Positions 13,207 to 27,555 of a DNA stretch of 54,505 bases are shown here, piece by piece (the stretch's first letter is position 1; each line of letters opens with the position of its first letter). Origin of the DNA: Octopus sinensis (lineage: Eukaryota); the NCBI RefSeq assembly GCF_006345805.1, contig NW_021834218.1:1-54505 (forward strand), written 5' to 3'. Both the position numbers and the translations under genes were made by a program. The notes beneath the pieces are model-generated. The model saw only the letters and a program-made list of their open reading frames with translations. It ran no database searches and was not told the origin of the DNA.

Positions 13207-13989
13207 CTCGCAGACCACCAAACAGCCACCATGACAATCTTTCGGTGCAACTTTGGCTTCGGGAAGTGCTGTGGAGCTTCTTGAGCGTCCAACTACGGAG
13301 CTGAGCGTCGCCAGTTGTCGTAAAGAATCCACTTTTCATCGCAAGTCACAATCCGGTCGAGAGACGGGTCGTTCTTGTTGCATAAAAGAAGGGAAGACGA
13401 CACTTCAGAACGGCGGGGTTTTTTTTTTTGGTGGGGTGTGTCTTTTAATTCGCGCGACACCCATTTATCAAATATTTTTGTTTTTTCAATCGCTTTCAAG
13501 TGGATGGAAATTGTCGTATAAGTTACGTCTAATTCAGAAGCAAGCTCCCGAACAGTTGTGTTTGGATTGGCTTCGACTAAGGCTCTTAGTTGATCGTTGT
13601 CAACATCCGATGGCCGACCACTACGCTTATCATCTTCAAAACTCTCGTCACCGCTACGAAATTTCTTGAACCACCATCGTGCTGTATGTTCATTAGTGGT
13701 TCCTGGGCCAAACGCATCGTTGATATCGCGAGCTGTTTCAGCAGCTTTTCGGCCTAGCTTGGACTGGAATAAGAAAATTGTGCGAATTTGCTTTTTGTCC
13801 ATGTTGTATTCAACGTTCCGGAAAAAATGGCTTAATTATTCAAAAAGAAAACAAAAACACGATTATATAGAGCGAAAACGGGCTTTAAAATGATATATAG
13901 AGTCAAAGTAATTTAACTAAAATTTATTTTAAAATACATCGTTTAAAACCAAAATTAAAAATTCCACAAGAACTTTCTTGACTACCTAA
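13207..13989 (-). mobile_element. Mariner, cecropia/Hsmar1-like; 5' TIR and N-terminal ~200 codons only
   Basis: ORF 13293-13802 MDKKQIRTIFLF...KAAETAR...FKKFRSGDES...SGRPS...DRIVTCDEKWILYDN, continuing past one stop to HFPKPKLH...VWWS. The end reads TA|TTAGGTAGTCAAGAAAGTTCTTG (TA at 13990-13991). Confidence 0.95.
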
Positions 13990-14480
13990 TATAATTGAAT
14001 TACATTTTAAAAAGTAGTAGGTTCTCTTTAAGTTCCACCTTTTAATTTTGTTTAGGTTTACTGACGTTAATTTGTTATTTGGTATGTGTTGCAACAATAT
14101 ATTTGTGTGGAATAATGGAATGTATAAAAGGGAAAAAATGTATACCTATTGAATTTACTGAGATCGTTAGAGCAACTCTAACATCATATTCTTGTTAATT
14201 TTTGGTACTGGATTTCGAAATGTTACTGGATGTATTTATTTTTTAGTTACTTTTGGGGTTTTAGAAAAATATTTGCTTATCCCTGTTGATATTTAGCTAA
14301 AATCAAAGTCCGAACACGAGTGGTCATTTGATCGAGTCATCAGCTACATTGAATAACCCGATTTGCTTATAATCGATACTGTTAGAGTTCAAATGTCGCT
14401 GAAAAGAATTTCTTTTATCATTTTGAAGTCAATAAACAAAGATGAGAGATATACTTCACAAATATAAACTGCTCAAATTA

Positions 14481-14887
14481 ACTCTTTTACTCTTTTACTT
14501 GTTTCAGTCATTTGACTGTGGCCATGCTGGAGCACCGCCTTTAGTCGACCAAATCGACCCCGGGACTTATTCTATGTAAGCCCAGTACTTATTCTATCGG
14601 TCTCTTTTGCCGAACCGCTAAGTGACGGGGACGTAAACACACCAGCATCGGTTGTCAAGCAATGCTAGGGGGACAAACACACACACACAAACACACACAT
14701 ATATATATATATATACATATATACGACGAGCTTCTTTCAGTTTCCGTCTACCAAATCCACTCACAAGGCATTGGTCGGCCCGGGGCTATAGCAGAAGACA
14801 TCTGCCCAAGATGCCATGCAGTGGGACTGAACCCGGAACCATGTGGTTGGTTAGCAAGCTACTTACCACACAGCCACTCCTGCGCCT
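14481..14887 (-). mobile_element. tRNA-derived SINE family 1 (internal microsatellite, GTAAAAGA tail), full length
   Basis: Head aggcgcaggagtggctgtgtggtaag...ggttcagtccc, internal CA/TA tract, tail repeats. Confidence 0.9.
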
Positions 14888-15588
14888 CACCCTGACCCTC
14901 ATATTTCTGCGCCTAACCCTCATATTTCTCATATATTTTACGTAAATTATTATCGTCATGGAAAAATAGCGAACTATGAAAAAATGCTTACTAGATTTCG
15001 GTTGCCTTTACATTCCGAGATGAAATAAGTACCAGTTGAGCACTGGCTCAATATAATTCAGTAGCTCCCCCAAAATTTCAGACCTTATGCCAAAATTAGA
15101 AAGCGATATTAAGGTCATGTGAGTGGTGGTGACGTTGGAAGGGGTGCCGGCGAGGTATGCGTATCGGTGATGGAAAAATAAAGAAAAGGAGAAAGAAGAA
15201 AAAAAACTAATAGTACGAGCAGTAGTAGTACCAGTTATAATATAAAGAAGGTTGTGTTGTGTTTGGTGTATCAGCTGGCACAGTATGTACCAAACTTTCT
15301 CCAACAATAAAATTTAATTTGTGACGACGACGGCACCGAAATAACATTGCTGGGGATTTCAATGAACAATTATACAACAAAACAAAGTGAAGAATAGGAA
15401 TATGATATCATAAATAAGAAAAATAAATAATAATTTCTTTGTTGGCTACATGCGTACAATATAGAACGGGTAATATAAGTGAAATTAGAAAACGTATAAG
15501 ATGTGCGTGTATATAGATATGTGCCTGAATCTATTATATGTATACTTACATACATACATACATACATACATGCATAATATATATAGTA

Positions 15589-15621
<33 letters not shown>

Positions 15622-15689
15622 GAATAACAATAATAAACGGTGCATGGAGTATATATGTAAAGACATAATCAAAGATTATGTACGCAAAC

Positions 15690-17450
15690 AAAATAAGAGT
15701 TACACGGCTATACAAAGGTGTTAGGCAGACACCTCGGTAGTTTCGGAACGCCGTATGTATCTCTCCAACATCTGGAGTTGTTGGTATAGTAAAAATCATC
15801 GTTGAATAGAGAATTTTCGCGCGTAACCGAAACATAAAATCCTCCATAGCCTCTGAACTGGAAACCTTCAACTGTTGATAGATTTTTGGCCTGATGTTAG
15901 TCAGCCATCTATTTTTACAGTTTTCCTAAGACTCTTCATTCAAGAGCAGCGCTGTGTTTGATTCGATCTATTTAGAGTCAGCATTATTCCAAATATACAA
16001 GGATTGCTTTTCCAAAATGCCGTAATATTCAGATGTGGAGGCGCAATGGCCCAGTGGTTAGGGCAGCGGACTCGTGGTCATAGGATCGTGGTTTCGATTC
16101 CCAGACCGGGCGTGTGAGTGTTTATTGAGCGAAAACAAACACCTAAAGCTCCACGAGGCTCCGGCAGGAGATGGTGTGATCCCTGCTGTACTCTTTCACC
16201 ACAACTTTCTGTCACTCTTACTTCCTGTTTCTGTTGTACCTGTATTTCAAAGGGCCGGCCTTGTCACTCTCTGTGTCACGCTGAATATCCCCGAGAACTA
16301 CATTAAGGGTACACGTGTCTGTGGAGTGCTCAGCCACTTACACGTTAATTTCACGAGCAGGCTGTTCCGTTGATTCGGATCAACCGGAACCCTCGTCGTT
16401 GTAACCGACGGAGTGCTTCCAATATTCAGATACACTGTTTGTGTGTACAGCACAGATCATCCAGCCGGGTGGCAGCATTTTGTCTAACGTAATTAAGTTT
16501 CCTATTTTCTTTCTCATTTTCCGTTTTTGTCTTCCTCGAGTCTTTCTTCCCATTTCTCTGCTGTTCGTTGTTTTGGCTTTACAATGCTGGCTGCACTGAG
16601 ACGAGGATTCGTTTGTTTCCGCTTTGGAAAGCTGAGATGGACAGTACTTTGGAAAGGGCAGTAGCTATGATCTTCTTTCAGTTCTGTTCTTGTTGTTATT
16701 GCTACTATACTGATGTATACCGCCTTTTTGTAGTTTTTCTCTTAGGCTTTCAAGTGTCTCTTACTACCACATGTTTGCCAACGTCTGTTTCTAGACTTCA
16801 CTACCCACTCAGTGGAATTCAACACTGATAAAGACTATCCTCTCCATTAGGATCATTAGGATCATTAGGATGTTGATTACCATACCGACTCCACCTGATT
16901 ACATATCGTTGCATTTCATACTCACGTGCATTCCTCGCCCATCGTTGTCTCAAACTTAACAAAATGTTCCAAATATCAATATCATAAAAAATGTCTCCAC
17001 CCGTAATCATTAATTCATTTTTCTCTGTATTTTGCGACAAAGCTTGCAGGAAGGTTTATGTTCAGCAAAACTATTTCTGTCCTTGTTGCGGTTTTTTTTT
17101 TTTTTTTTGGCTCTAAAGATCGACTGCACACTTCCATGTGGCTTGCCACTGCCGATGGATCATATATACTGACTGACATCAAATAGGGCTTCCCTCATAT
17201 CGTCCTTCGGGATCATATAAAATAACTCGCGATATTTTGGGAAACAAAATTGCGCCTTTTCCTAAATACATTTTTCGAGTGAGGGTGCACTTACCTTCGT
17301 GGTATACCTTTCTCACTTTATTTGATATACCTCGATGTCCAAGATTTCATTTTTGATAAGAACTGTTTCCGTTGCTGCTGCTGGTGTCCCTGTTAACGTC
17401 GAATATGTTTGTGTAACCTCTTGTCAAATTGTGGCTGCGTTGAAATGTGC
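15690..17450 (-). mobile_element. Very old APE-RT LINE relic (RTE-like), interrupted by a SINE
   Basis: Weak motif order on the minus strand: G.GAILF, SVQSIF, ELMITGGD (APE-like), then NYRGVCLT (~15730-15760, RT domain-1-like). Many stops. Confidence 0.4.
16035..16420 (+). mobile_element. tRNA-derived SINE family 3, full length, 11-bp TSD
   Basis: A box TGGCCCAGTGG, B box GTTTCGATTCC; TSD AATATTCAGAT at 16024-16034 and 16421-16431. Confidence 0.92.
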
Positions 17451-19594
17451 ATTCATTCGTTTCCATTTTTACTTTCTTTTCGGACAATTTTCTTGGCTAT
17501 TTCCAAAAATTTGAAACTTTACTTAAGAAAATATATTTACTTACAACTGAAATACTGTAGCAATATTTTCGTTTATGTGTAGTGGCATCGTAATGTGCCA
17601 TAAAGTTATAATATATTTATGTCTCTCATTCATTTTTAATTTTCGCTTTAAATCTCTTCCAGCTCATTATAAAGCAGACACTTGACAGAAACGTTTGAAC
17701 CCGCAGTAGAACCTTCATGGTATTGAACCTTCATGGTATTTGTTACCACACGTATCAAAATTTCATTAATACCCACTTTTCAACGTTTCGTCGCCGATAA
17801 ACATACTAGGAACCTAGCACGACGGATTGCGGTACTGGTCGAGTGATGGGTAACATGTCACGGGATATCTGTTTCGACTATTTGTATTCTGAATGTAAAG
17901 CCTTCTACAACATCAGTGCCAGACTGCATTATCAAAGCTGGTGATCTTTCCTTTTGATAAATGTCGGTGATGATGTTGTGGGGACCCTGGCCTGCACATA
18001 TAGGGGCCAGCCATATTCACCCATCGTAGATCATGTGCCTACAACTTCATTACACCTTATCAAAAATACTTCTATGTATTCAATTCACTGATAGAATTGT
18101 CTAAATCAGGGGTTGTCAAGCCTGATACATCATTGACCCCCTCCATGGAATCATTGGTTACTTATCGATTTATGTCAAGTAAATTTGTAAAATATAAACA
18201 AAATGTAATTAAATTTGGCCGTTTAATTTTTTTTTCTTTCAGTGTTCTTAAAGAAACTAAGATTATTTTTCTAATCGCAGTGAACCATTAGAGATATTCC
18301 TCCATTTACGCAGGTTCCATGGCCGTATTATGGTAGTTTTTTGTCACATAACAGGGAAAAAGACACTGTTTTATTGGCAAGTGATGGTATAAATCCAAAT
18401 TTAAATACTCTTGCGAATGCTGCCGGTAAAATTTTAACAATCAGAGTTGCTATTAAGCGATTTAATTAAAGAAAAACAGAGTAATTTGAAAATTGTCTGA
18501 CAACTGAAACCACTCAACTGCAAATGAGCAATAAATTATTACAAGTATTGAGTGTCTTCAACCACGATGCCTTCATAAAAAAACTATGCTCTTATGCTTA
18601 ATAGACCAGCTGGCGTTTCTATGTTGCTAGGACAAGGACGTGATATCTGCTAACGTATTTCGAATTTCCTTATTTGTATTTCAGATGGACGTTTTCAGAG
18701 CAAATCTTTTACATGTTGACCAAAAAATTTTTAAAAATAAAAGAAAAAATGCAGTTCGCTAACAATTCAGTATCCTTACTATTCGAAATTCTTTCAGATG
18801 CTTCTCGGCACCTAGGATGGCTACAGAGGTAAGACCCACGGCTCAATATTGACGACTTTGTCGGAATAAACAACTCACTGATGCCATCTACATGAAAAAC
18901 AATAATTAAGCTAGTTTCAAAATATTAGAAGCAATTAGGAATAGAAAGCTAATTAAAAGTATTTTAAAATAATTTGTACTATATACGAGTCATAGACAAA
19001 TGTTTGTTTTTTGTTTTTTCCACGTCAGAGCTTCGGAAATATGTTGTGTATTTATCCAGTTCCACAAAAAGAATTCAAATTTTGCTAGATCAACTTTGAC
19101 TTTTATCCCTGTAAAGACTATAAAATAATGTTGTTGGGTTTGAGCCTAAATTAGAATAAAATATATTATGAATCCATACGAATTTAAATCTCGCAAATAC
19201 CAAATCATTTCTAGATCGATAAAATAAAGTCCAAGTCCAGTAGTGATAAAATAAAGTACTACTAAACAACTGAATTCTTATATCTGAGGAAGCCCCCCTT
19301 CCTAAAAATCTATGTCGGTCTTATGCTTAAATTAGAAATAATTATTGTATCAGCTTTCTGGATTATTATTTACATTGGACGGATGAGTCCTCATCTAGTT
19401 TGTTTTTACCACGACGTTTCGGCTGATTTACTGTTCAGCCTTCAATATGGTAACAAAGATGAGGACACATATTGGTCCAATGTAAATAATGTACAGAATT
19501 CCTCAACTCAAAAATATAGAACAGCCTTCTGGATATTTAATATCTTTATATGTCAAACAATATAATCTATGTGTTTTAACTTTTATCATTTGTT

Positions 19595-21725
19595 TCTTTC
19601 ATTTGATAGCGACCATGCTGGAGTACCAGCTTAAAGAGCTTAGTCGAACAAATCGACCCCATTATTTATTTATTAATTAGTTTTGTCATCATTGTACTTA
19701 TTTTATCGATCTCTTTTAACGAAACGCTACGTAAATAGACAACCACCAATTTCCAAGCGGCGGTAAGGGACAAATATAATAACACGCACAAACATACTTA
19801 CATGGATGCATACATACATACATACATACATACATACGTACATACATACATACATACATACATACGTACATACATGCATACATACATGCATACATGCATA
19901 CATACATACATTCATACATACATGCATACATACATACATACATGCATACAAACATACATACATACATGCATACATACATACATACATGCATACATACATA
20001 CATACATACATACATACATGCATGCATACATACATACATACAGCATACATACATACATACATACATGCATACATGCATACATGCATACATGCATACATAC
20101 ATACATGCATACATACATACATACATACATGCATGCATACATACATACATACATACATACATACATACATACAGCATACATACATATATACATGCATGCA
20201 TGCATACATGCATCCATACATACATACATACATATACATACATACATACATACATGCATGCATACACACATACATACATACATACATACATACATACATA
20301 CATACATGCATGCATGCATACACATACAATACATACATACATACATACATAATACATACATGCATACATACATACATACATACATACAACTACATGCATG
20401 CATACATACATACAGCAGCATACATACATACATACATACTGCATACATGCATCATGCATACATGCATACATGCATACATACATACATACATACATGCATG
20501 CATACATACATACATACATACATACATACATACATACATACAGCATACATACATATATACATGCATGCATGCATACATGCATCCATACATACATACATAC
20601 ATACATACATGCATGCATACACACATACATACATACATACATACATACATCATACATACATACATACATACATGCATGCATACCACATACATACATACAT
20701 ACATCATACATACATACATACATACATACATGCATGCATGCATACACACATACATACATACATACATACATACATGCATGCATACACACATACATACATA
20801 CATACATACATACTACTACATACATACATACATACATGCATACATGCATACATACATACATCATACATACATGCATACATACATACATACATTCATACAA
20901 ACACATCACATACATGCATGCATACATACATACATGCATCATACATACATACATACATCCATCATGCATACATACATACATCCAGCATACATACATACAT
21001 ACATACATGCATACATGCATACATGCATACTGCATACATGCATACATACATACATACATACATGCATACATACATACATACATACATACTACTCATACAT
21101 AGCATACATACATATATACATGCTGCATGCATACATGCATCATACATACATACATACATACATACATACATACATGCATGCATACACACATACATACATA
21201 CATACATACATACATACATACATAATACATGCATGCATGCATACACACATACATACATACATACATACATACATGCATGCATACATACATCATACATACA
21301 TACATACATACATACATAATACATACATACAGCATACATACATACATGCATGCATGCATACATGCATCATCATACATACATACTTACATACATACATACA
21401 TGCATACATACATACATCACTACAACACATACATACATCACACATACTTACATACATACATACATACATAATACATACATACATACATGCATGCATGCAT
21501 ACATACATACATACATACATACATGCATGCATGCATGCATACATACTTACGTACATACATACATACATACATACACACACGCATACATACATACATACAT
21601 ACATACATACATACATACATACATACATACATACATACATACATACATACATACATACATGCATATACACGATGGGCTTCTTTCAGATTTTGTCTACTGC
21701 AAAATCCAGTCACAAAGCTTTCGAC
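19595..21725 (-). mobile_element. Old family-1 SINE split by a ~1.9-kb (CATA)n/(CATG)n array
   Basis: Tail half at 19595-19795; the array is followed by acgatgggcttctttcag...aaatccagtcacaaagc, the other flank of the SINE's internal repeat slot. Confidence 0.8.
19790..21667. repeat. (CATA)n/(CATG)n tetranucleotide array, ~1.9 kb
   Basis: Direct reading; stop-free in all frames, which explains the 455-681 aa ORFs. Confidence 0.98.
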
Positions 21726-22081
21726 ACATGTCGAAAGTGCCGCGCAATGGAACTGAGAGCCTCAGAATCGGAGGAGCGTCGGGCAAAATGGATTTCGCTG
21801 TTAAGTTCGTTTTCCTTGCGTTCTAATAAAACCCTATCGAATAGGAATTGAAATTCTTTCTTCCTGGGCCGATAAAAAAAAAAATAGCAATTTTCAAATA
21901 CAAGGCTTCATTTAATCGACATCCCGCAAATTCACATTATATCTGCCCTTGTGACCTGTGGGACCTCACATATAACCAGTTATCTCTAAACTGGTTGCAA
22001 TTTCTCTTTGAAACTCTGACTCTCCCTTTTCCTCTCCTTTTCTATATACATCTATGCGTGTCTGTATGAGTGTCTACAAAA

Positions 22082-22117
<36 letters not shown>

Positions 22118-22311
22118 ATGTCTGTGTTTTGCGCATGTAAGTAAGATTTCTATGTATATAAAAGTATGTATGCTATATTTAGTACGTTTAATTCTAGCAC
22201 CGATTGTATCTTAACACGACATACATAGAAACACACAAACATGCACAATGCTATATACACATAAAATCTCAGACACACACACACACAGGTATACACATAT
22301 AAATACATGCC

Positions 22312-22344
<33 letters not shown>

Positions 22345-22345
22345 A

Positions 22346-22378
<33 letters not shown>

Positions 22379-22422
22379 AATACATGCATATATATATATA
22401 TTATATATATATATAAATACAT

Positions 22423-22476
<54 letters not shown>

Positions 22477-22846
22477 CACACTCACTCACACACACATACC
22501 CTTATAGATCTGTCTGCTTCTCAGTCGGTCTGTCAACCCAGATCTCTCTCTTTATCTCATTCTCATTCGCTCTCTCTCTCTCTCTCTCTCTTCCCCCTCT
22601 CTCTCTCTCGCTTCCATTTTCTCTCCCTTCCTCACTATACGCATCATTGTATTCAAGTGATTTATCTTAGTACTATCAACTCCTCCTCCCTCAATCGCAT
22701 CATCGACATCATCAGCATCATTGCCATCCTCATGATCATGACCATCACCATCATCACCATCACCATCACCATCACCATCATCATCACCATCATTATCGTT
22801 ATGTTATTCCCATTACCGTCACTCTCACTCACTCGCTTTGTCTCTT

Positions 22847-22895
<49 letters not shown>

Positions 22896-22948
22896 GAACA
22901 CCAGGCACGTCACTGCACCATATCTCCGTCACTCCAGCCGTCCCTCAC

Positions 22949-23000
22949 TCTGAGACAATATTGGGTTCCCACAGGGCAGATCTATGAACACATCCGGTTC
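22949..23000 (-). CDS. Speculative internal exon in a unique island
   Basis: Long T-rich tract plus CAG acceptor at 23001-23003 and donor GA|GTGAGG at 22948; open in two phases. No homology recognised. Confidence 0.22.
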
Positions 23001-23441
23001 CTGCAGTTGGAAATAGACAGAAAAATAAAGTAGAATAAAATAAAAAACAAAAATAATAAATAAATAAAAAAAAACACAAAGATGGGTGGGGTGAGCGGGT
23101 GTGGTGGGGTCTGGCGATGGTAATGTGTCAGCAGAAAGTTCTAGATGCCCCCTTGACAGGATATTACACTACAGACTTCGTAGGTCAGTAAACTGTGGAA
23201 GACCACCACCACCACCACCGACTCCGACTCCTCCTGCTCCAAATCTCTCCTTGTCTTTCTCTCCTCTCTCTCCTCTCTCTCTATCTCTCTCTCACACACA
23301 CATATACACAGATGTCTCTTTTTCTTTCACCCACTGTTTCACGCATTCATTTCACTGCCCCCACGACTCACCCCTCTCTCATAGAGATATGTCTCTGTGT
23401 GTGCGCGCGCATGTATATATATATATGTGTGTGTGTGTGTG

Positions 23442-23504
<63 letters not shown>

Positions 23505-23587
23505 ATATATATATATAATATATATATATATACATACATATCTAAATCCATGCATCTATACATATATATGCATATCTATCTACCTAC

Positions 23588-23620
<33 letters not shown>

Positions 23621-24217
23621 GTATATAATATATATATATATATATATGTATATGTGTATGTATATATATATATACATATATACACACACATATCTATGTG
23701 TAATGGCTGCCCACCCACTTTCTCTTTTTCTTTTATGCAGTATTTTTGGGTTTATGTAGTAATTGATTTTTTTACCTTCTCTCCTCTCAAAGACTTCATC
23801 ACTCTTATGTTTCTGTGATTGTCTCCTTCATCACACTCTCACTTTCTCTCTCCCTCTTTCTCTCCCTCCCTCTCTCTCTCTGTCAAGCTCTTAAGTACCT
23901 TTTTCCCCAAATCCTTCCTCTAACCTCTGTATATCTCCCATTATCTCCCATACCATTATTATTCTCTCCCTCCATCACGTCCCTCACTCTCTTCCTATCT
24001 GTCTATATCTCTCTCTATATCCTTCTCTCTCTCTGTTTCTTTTTCACTCTCCTAAACATTTTGCTTTTTTCCTTAACATAATCTACCCCTTCCTATCTTT
24101 TTATAAACCTATACCTTAGTCCCATCCGTATAATTCCCATATCTCTTTAAACGCCACCATCTCCCGCGCTCTCTTCATCCCTCTCTCGCTCTCTCCCTCT
24201 TTCTCTCTGTCACTCTA

Positions 24218-24251
<34 letters not shown>

Positions 24252-24539
24252 GCAAGGTATCTACATATATATATATATAGGTATAAAAATTATATATAAA
24301 AAGGGACAAGAACGTGAAATACACAAAGAGACGACACAAAAAACGGACGGGTCATTCGAAGCCTTTAATCTTCAGTCAGGAACCGGATCATCAAAGCAAA
24401 TTTCGGCTGATATATACATATATATATATTATATATATATATTATATATATATATATATACACATATATATATATGTATATATATATATGAGTGTATATA
24501 TAAATATATACATGTGTGTGTGTGTGCGTGTTGAAATTT

Positions 24540-24710
24540 ACAAAAAAAAAAGAGGAAGACAGGTGTATAAACAACAAGGAAGTGTATTAATTTGATGCTC
24601 GGGAAGGTGAGAAAATATTTTTCGTTTCGAGCCTAAGCTCTTCAGCAGAAAGGAACACTATGAAATAAGCAGAGGGAGAATAAAGAAACTTGTAGATTTA
24701 GCAGTCATGT
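24540..24710 (-). mobile_element. Solo PLE terminal repeat with hammerhead-like motif (24617-24653)
   Basis: Minus strand reads CCTTT-CTGCTGA-A-GAGC-TTAG-GCTC-GAAA-CGA, followed by ttctcaccttcccgagcatcaaattaataca, homologous to 3240-3290. Confidence 0.7.
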
Positions 24711-24731
24711 ACATATGCATACATGTACATA

Positions 24732-24850
<119 letters not shown>

Positions 24851-26232
24851 ATATATATATATATATATACATCAGAATTTTAATTGATTTGCTTTTCGCA
24901 GGAAGGAAAGTTTTCTTGTCGAAGATACGTCTCGCTTTTATCCTTCGAAACGTAGAGTAGATGAAATCTTTAGCGACTGAAGAAGGGGTTTTTCTTTGTG
25001 TTAATTGTCCTGTACTCTATTTTTTTCCTTTTTTTCAAAAAAATGTCCAGTTCCTTTCGTTTGTGTCTATGTTTCCGTTTCTCATTGTGTTCGACGTCCT
25101 TTTGGTGTCCTGTACTCATATATGCGTGTATATGTACATGTAGATGTAGGTACGTACATATACGTTTATATATATGCATATGTTTTATTTTATTTATTAA
25201 TATATATATATATATTATATATATATATATTATATATAATATATGTATATATGTATATGTATGTATGTATATATTGTATTTTGGGATGGTCATTTTATTT
25301 ATCATTTTTCTTTTTGCCAAATAAACACGCACACTGTATTTTTTCTTCACTCGTTTATTACTGTTATTTTTATTTTATTTTAACGCCTGTCTATATTCCG
25401 GAAATCTTTCGACCTCTTCAGTAGCACTTTTTGTGCGTGTGTGTGTTCTTTCTCCACTGACTCCATTCTTGCAAAGCAAATTGATATATATATATATATA
25501 TCATCCGCAAGAACAATAACAATAACAACGACAGCAAAAATTCCTTCATATGTCGGTAACGAGTTATCGATAGGTTCTGAACGAGTACACCATATCTAAC
25601 TCCAGTATGGATGCCACTAGAATCTGAAGGAGCACCACTCTGACACTCAACTTGACGAAGAAAGTGACCTCTTTTGCTTCTTTTCTCATCTGGGATGATC
25701 ACTACTAGAATACCTTTAATATAAGTTCCGCTTAATCAAAAAGCTCAGCGTGAGCACGCAACAATAATAGTATCAACTATTGGGGCATGCTGGGAGACTG
25801 GACATTAGAGAGAGAATATTACATACCTCTAAGAAAAATCATGGTAATATGCATTTGTGATTATTTTAAAGTGGATACAGAGTGTCGGTTTTATCTGAAG
25901 AACGAAAATTCGAGTTTTCTAAAACTTATTATTCTGTAGAGAAAGAAAAGAAGAGGTTAATACCAAAGTTGAATGAAAGAAGAAACAGGTGAAAGATTAA
26001 TGTGAGTCCGATAGACGTGGGAAATGGAAAGGAAAAGGCAGCGTGAGGAGTGAGAATGAGGGGCAATGAGGGAGGAAGTAAAGCGAGAAGGAGTGGCGGT
26101 AAAAGTTTGTAGTAAAAACCAATATTTTTTGCAGCTACTGCACGTTGCTCCTTGATGTATGTTTTTATTTTACTATTTCAGCACTCTGACCTCTCTCTCT
26201 CTCCTAACATCTCAGCTTAGACAATCGCACTC

Positions 26233-26268
<36 letters not shown>

Positions 26269-26608
26269 CCTCTCTCTCTCTTCTCTGCTTATTCATTTGG
26301 TTTACTAATCTCTATCACTTCTCAACGTTCATTACTGTCTTTATATTCACACGCCCATTTTCTCATTCTCCCCACCGAATTTTAGTGCACACTTGTTTTG
26401 TTTCGGCAAATGTCCTTTCGTCCATCGCCCTGTTCGTTCTGATCAACATTATCGCTGAGTCCACACATAATTTATTTGACCTGGGTCTCACCACATTTCT
26501 CTTATTTCAATTGACCTGGCTCTTGCCCTCACCTCCCTGTCAATTTGCATCCTCTCACACTTCTCCTCTTCCACACTGTTCACATTGTCCTTTCGCCACT
26601 CGCATAAC

Positions 26609-26653
<45 letters not shown>

Positions 26654-26880
26654 TTCTCTTCCTATAGCTTCCACATAGTATTACTTTCTCACTCCTTCCT
26701 TTTCTTCACTCGCCTTTCTACAACCGTGTCATTAGCCTCTATATTCTTTCCCAAGAACAACAACAGTTGAATCATAGGCTATTTCGCTATCCAGAGCAAA
26801 TCAACACGCCGTAATTTATATTTTTATACGAATTTCTATCAAACATATCTCAACAGCTACAGTGTATCTCAAACAAGTTT

Positions 26881-27200
26881 GAGGATGTATGACACAGTGG
26901 TTAGGGTATTCGGCTCACGATCGGATGGTCGTGTGTTCGATTCCCGGGTCAAGTTGTATCTGAAGTAAGACGTTTTATTTCTCGTTGTTTCAATCCAGTC
27001 ACCTCGCAAGAATGAGATGTACCTGTATTCTAAAGAGCCACACTTGTTACATTCTCTTTCATGCTGCATCTCGCTGAGAACTACGTTAAGGGTATAAATG
27101 TCTGTGGAGTGCTCAGCCACTTCCTCGTTAATTTCATGAGCAGCCTGTTCCGTTGATCAGATCAACTTGAACCCTTGTCGTCGTAACCGACGGAGTTCCG
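26881..27200 (+). mobile_element. Family-3 SINE, diverged
   Basis: Tail gtctgtggagtgctcagccact...cgtcgtaaccgacggag matches 16315-16415. Confidence 0.8.
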
Positions 27201-27555
27201 GTTGATGCCATCATTTTAAAATCGATCCTGTTAGACTGGGCCAGTTACTACTTACGCAGACAATTAACTGCATCTTCTCTAAATGCAAAATATTGCTCTG
27301 AAAGAGGAGACATTTTTAATTTCGGAACATACATTTATGAGTACTTTCCTGCATGCTATGAATCGGAGATGAGTTGGAGCTATATAACACCAGCAAAATG
27401 AACTTTCAGTTATGTTACCTACAACTTAACAACAAGTATCCATATTTCATGTTATTTTTAAAAAGTATGAAATGTTACTTTATCATCTCCACCCAGCACA
27501 CAACAACATCTGTGGACTAGTTTCCCAGGTTATTGCGCTTCAACACAGAGTAACC

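Noticed and set aside
14881-14935. CCCTAA-like telomeric motif at a SINE end
   Set aside because: A single unit inside a ~28-bp local duplication; not an interstitial telomere array.
16035-16110. tRNA-like sequence with A and B boxes (also at 48426)
   Set aside because: Head of a SINE that continues into body and tail and has a TSD; not a tRNA gene.
18798-18828. 31-nt plus-strand microexon with ATG GCT ACA GAG|GTAAGA
   Set aside because: Splice signals only; no compatible downstream exon could be supported.
19716-21851. ORFs of 455-681 aa (HTYI/MYVC repeats)
   Set aside because: (CATA)n/(CATG)n has no stop codon in any frame; pure repeat artefact.
24900-24990. GAAACGT and CTGAAGAAGGGG fragments suggesting another hammerhead
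   Set aside because: The elements are in the wrong order and do not form stem II.
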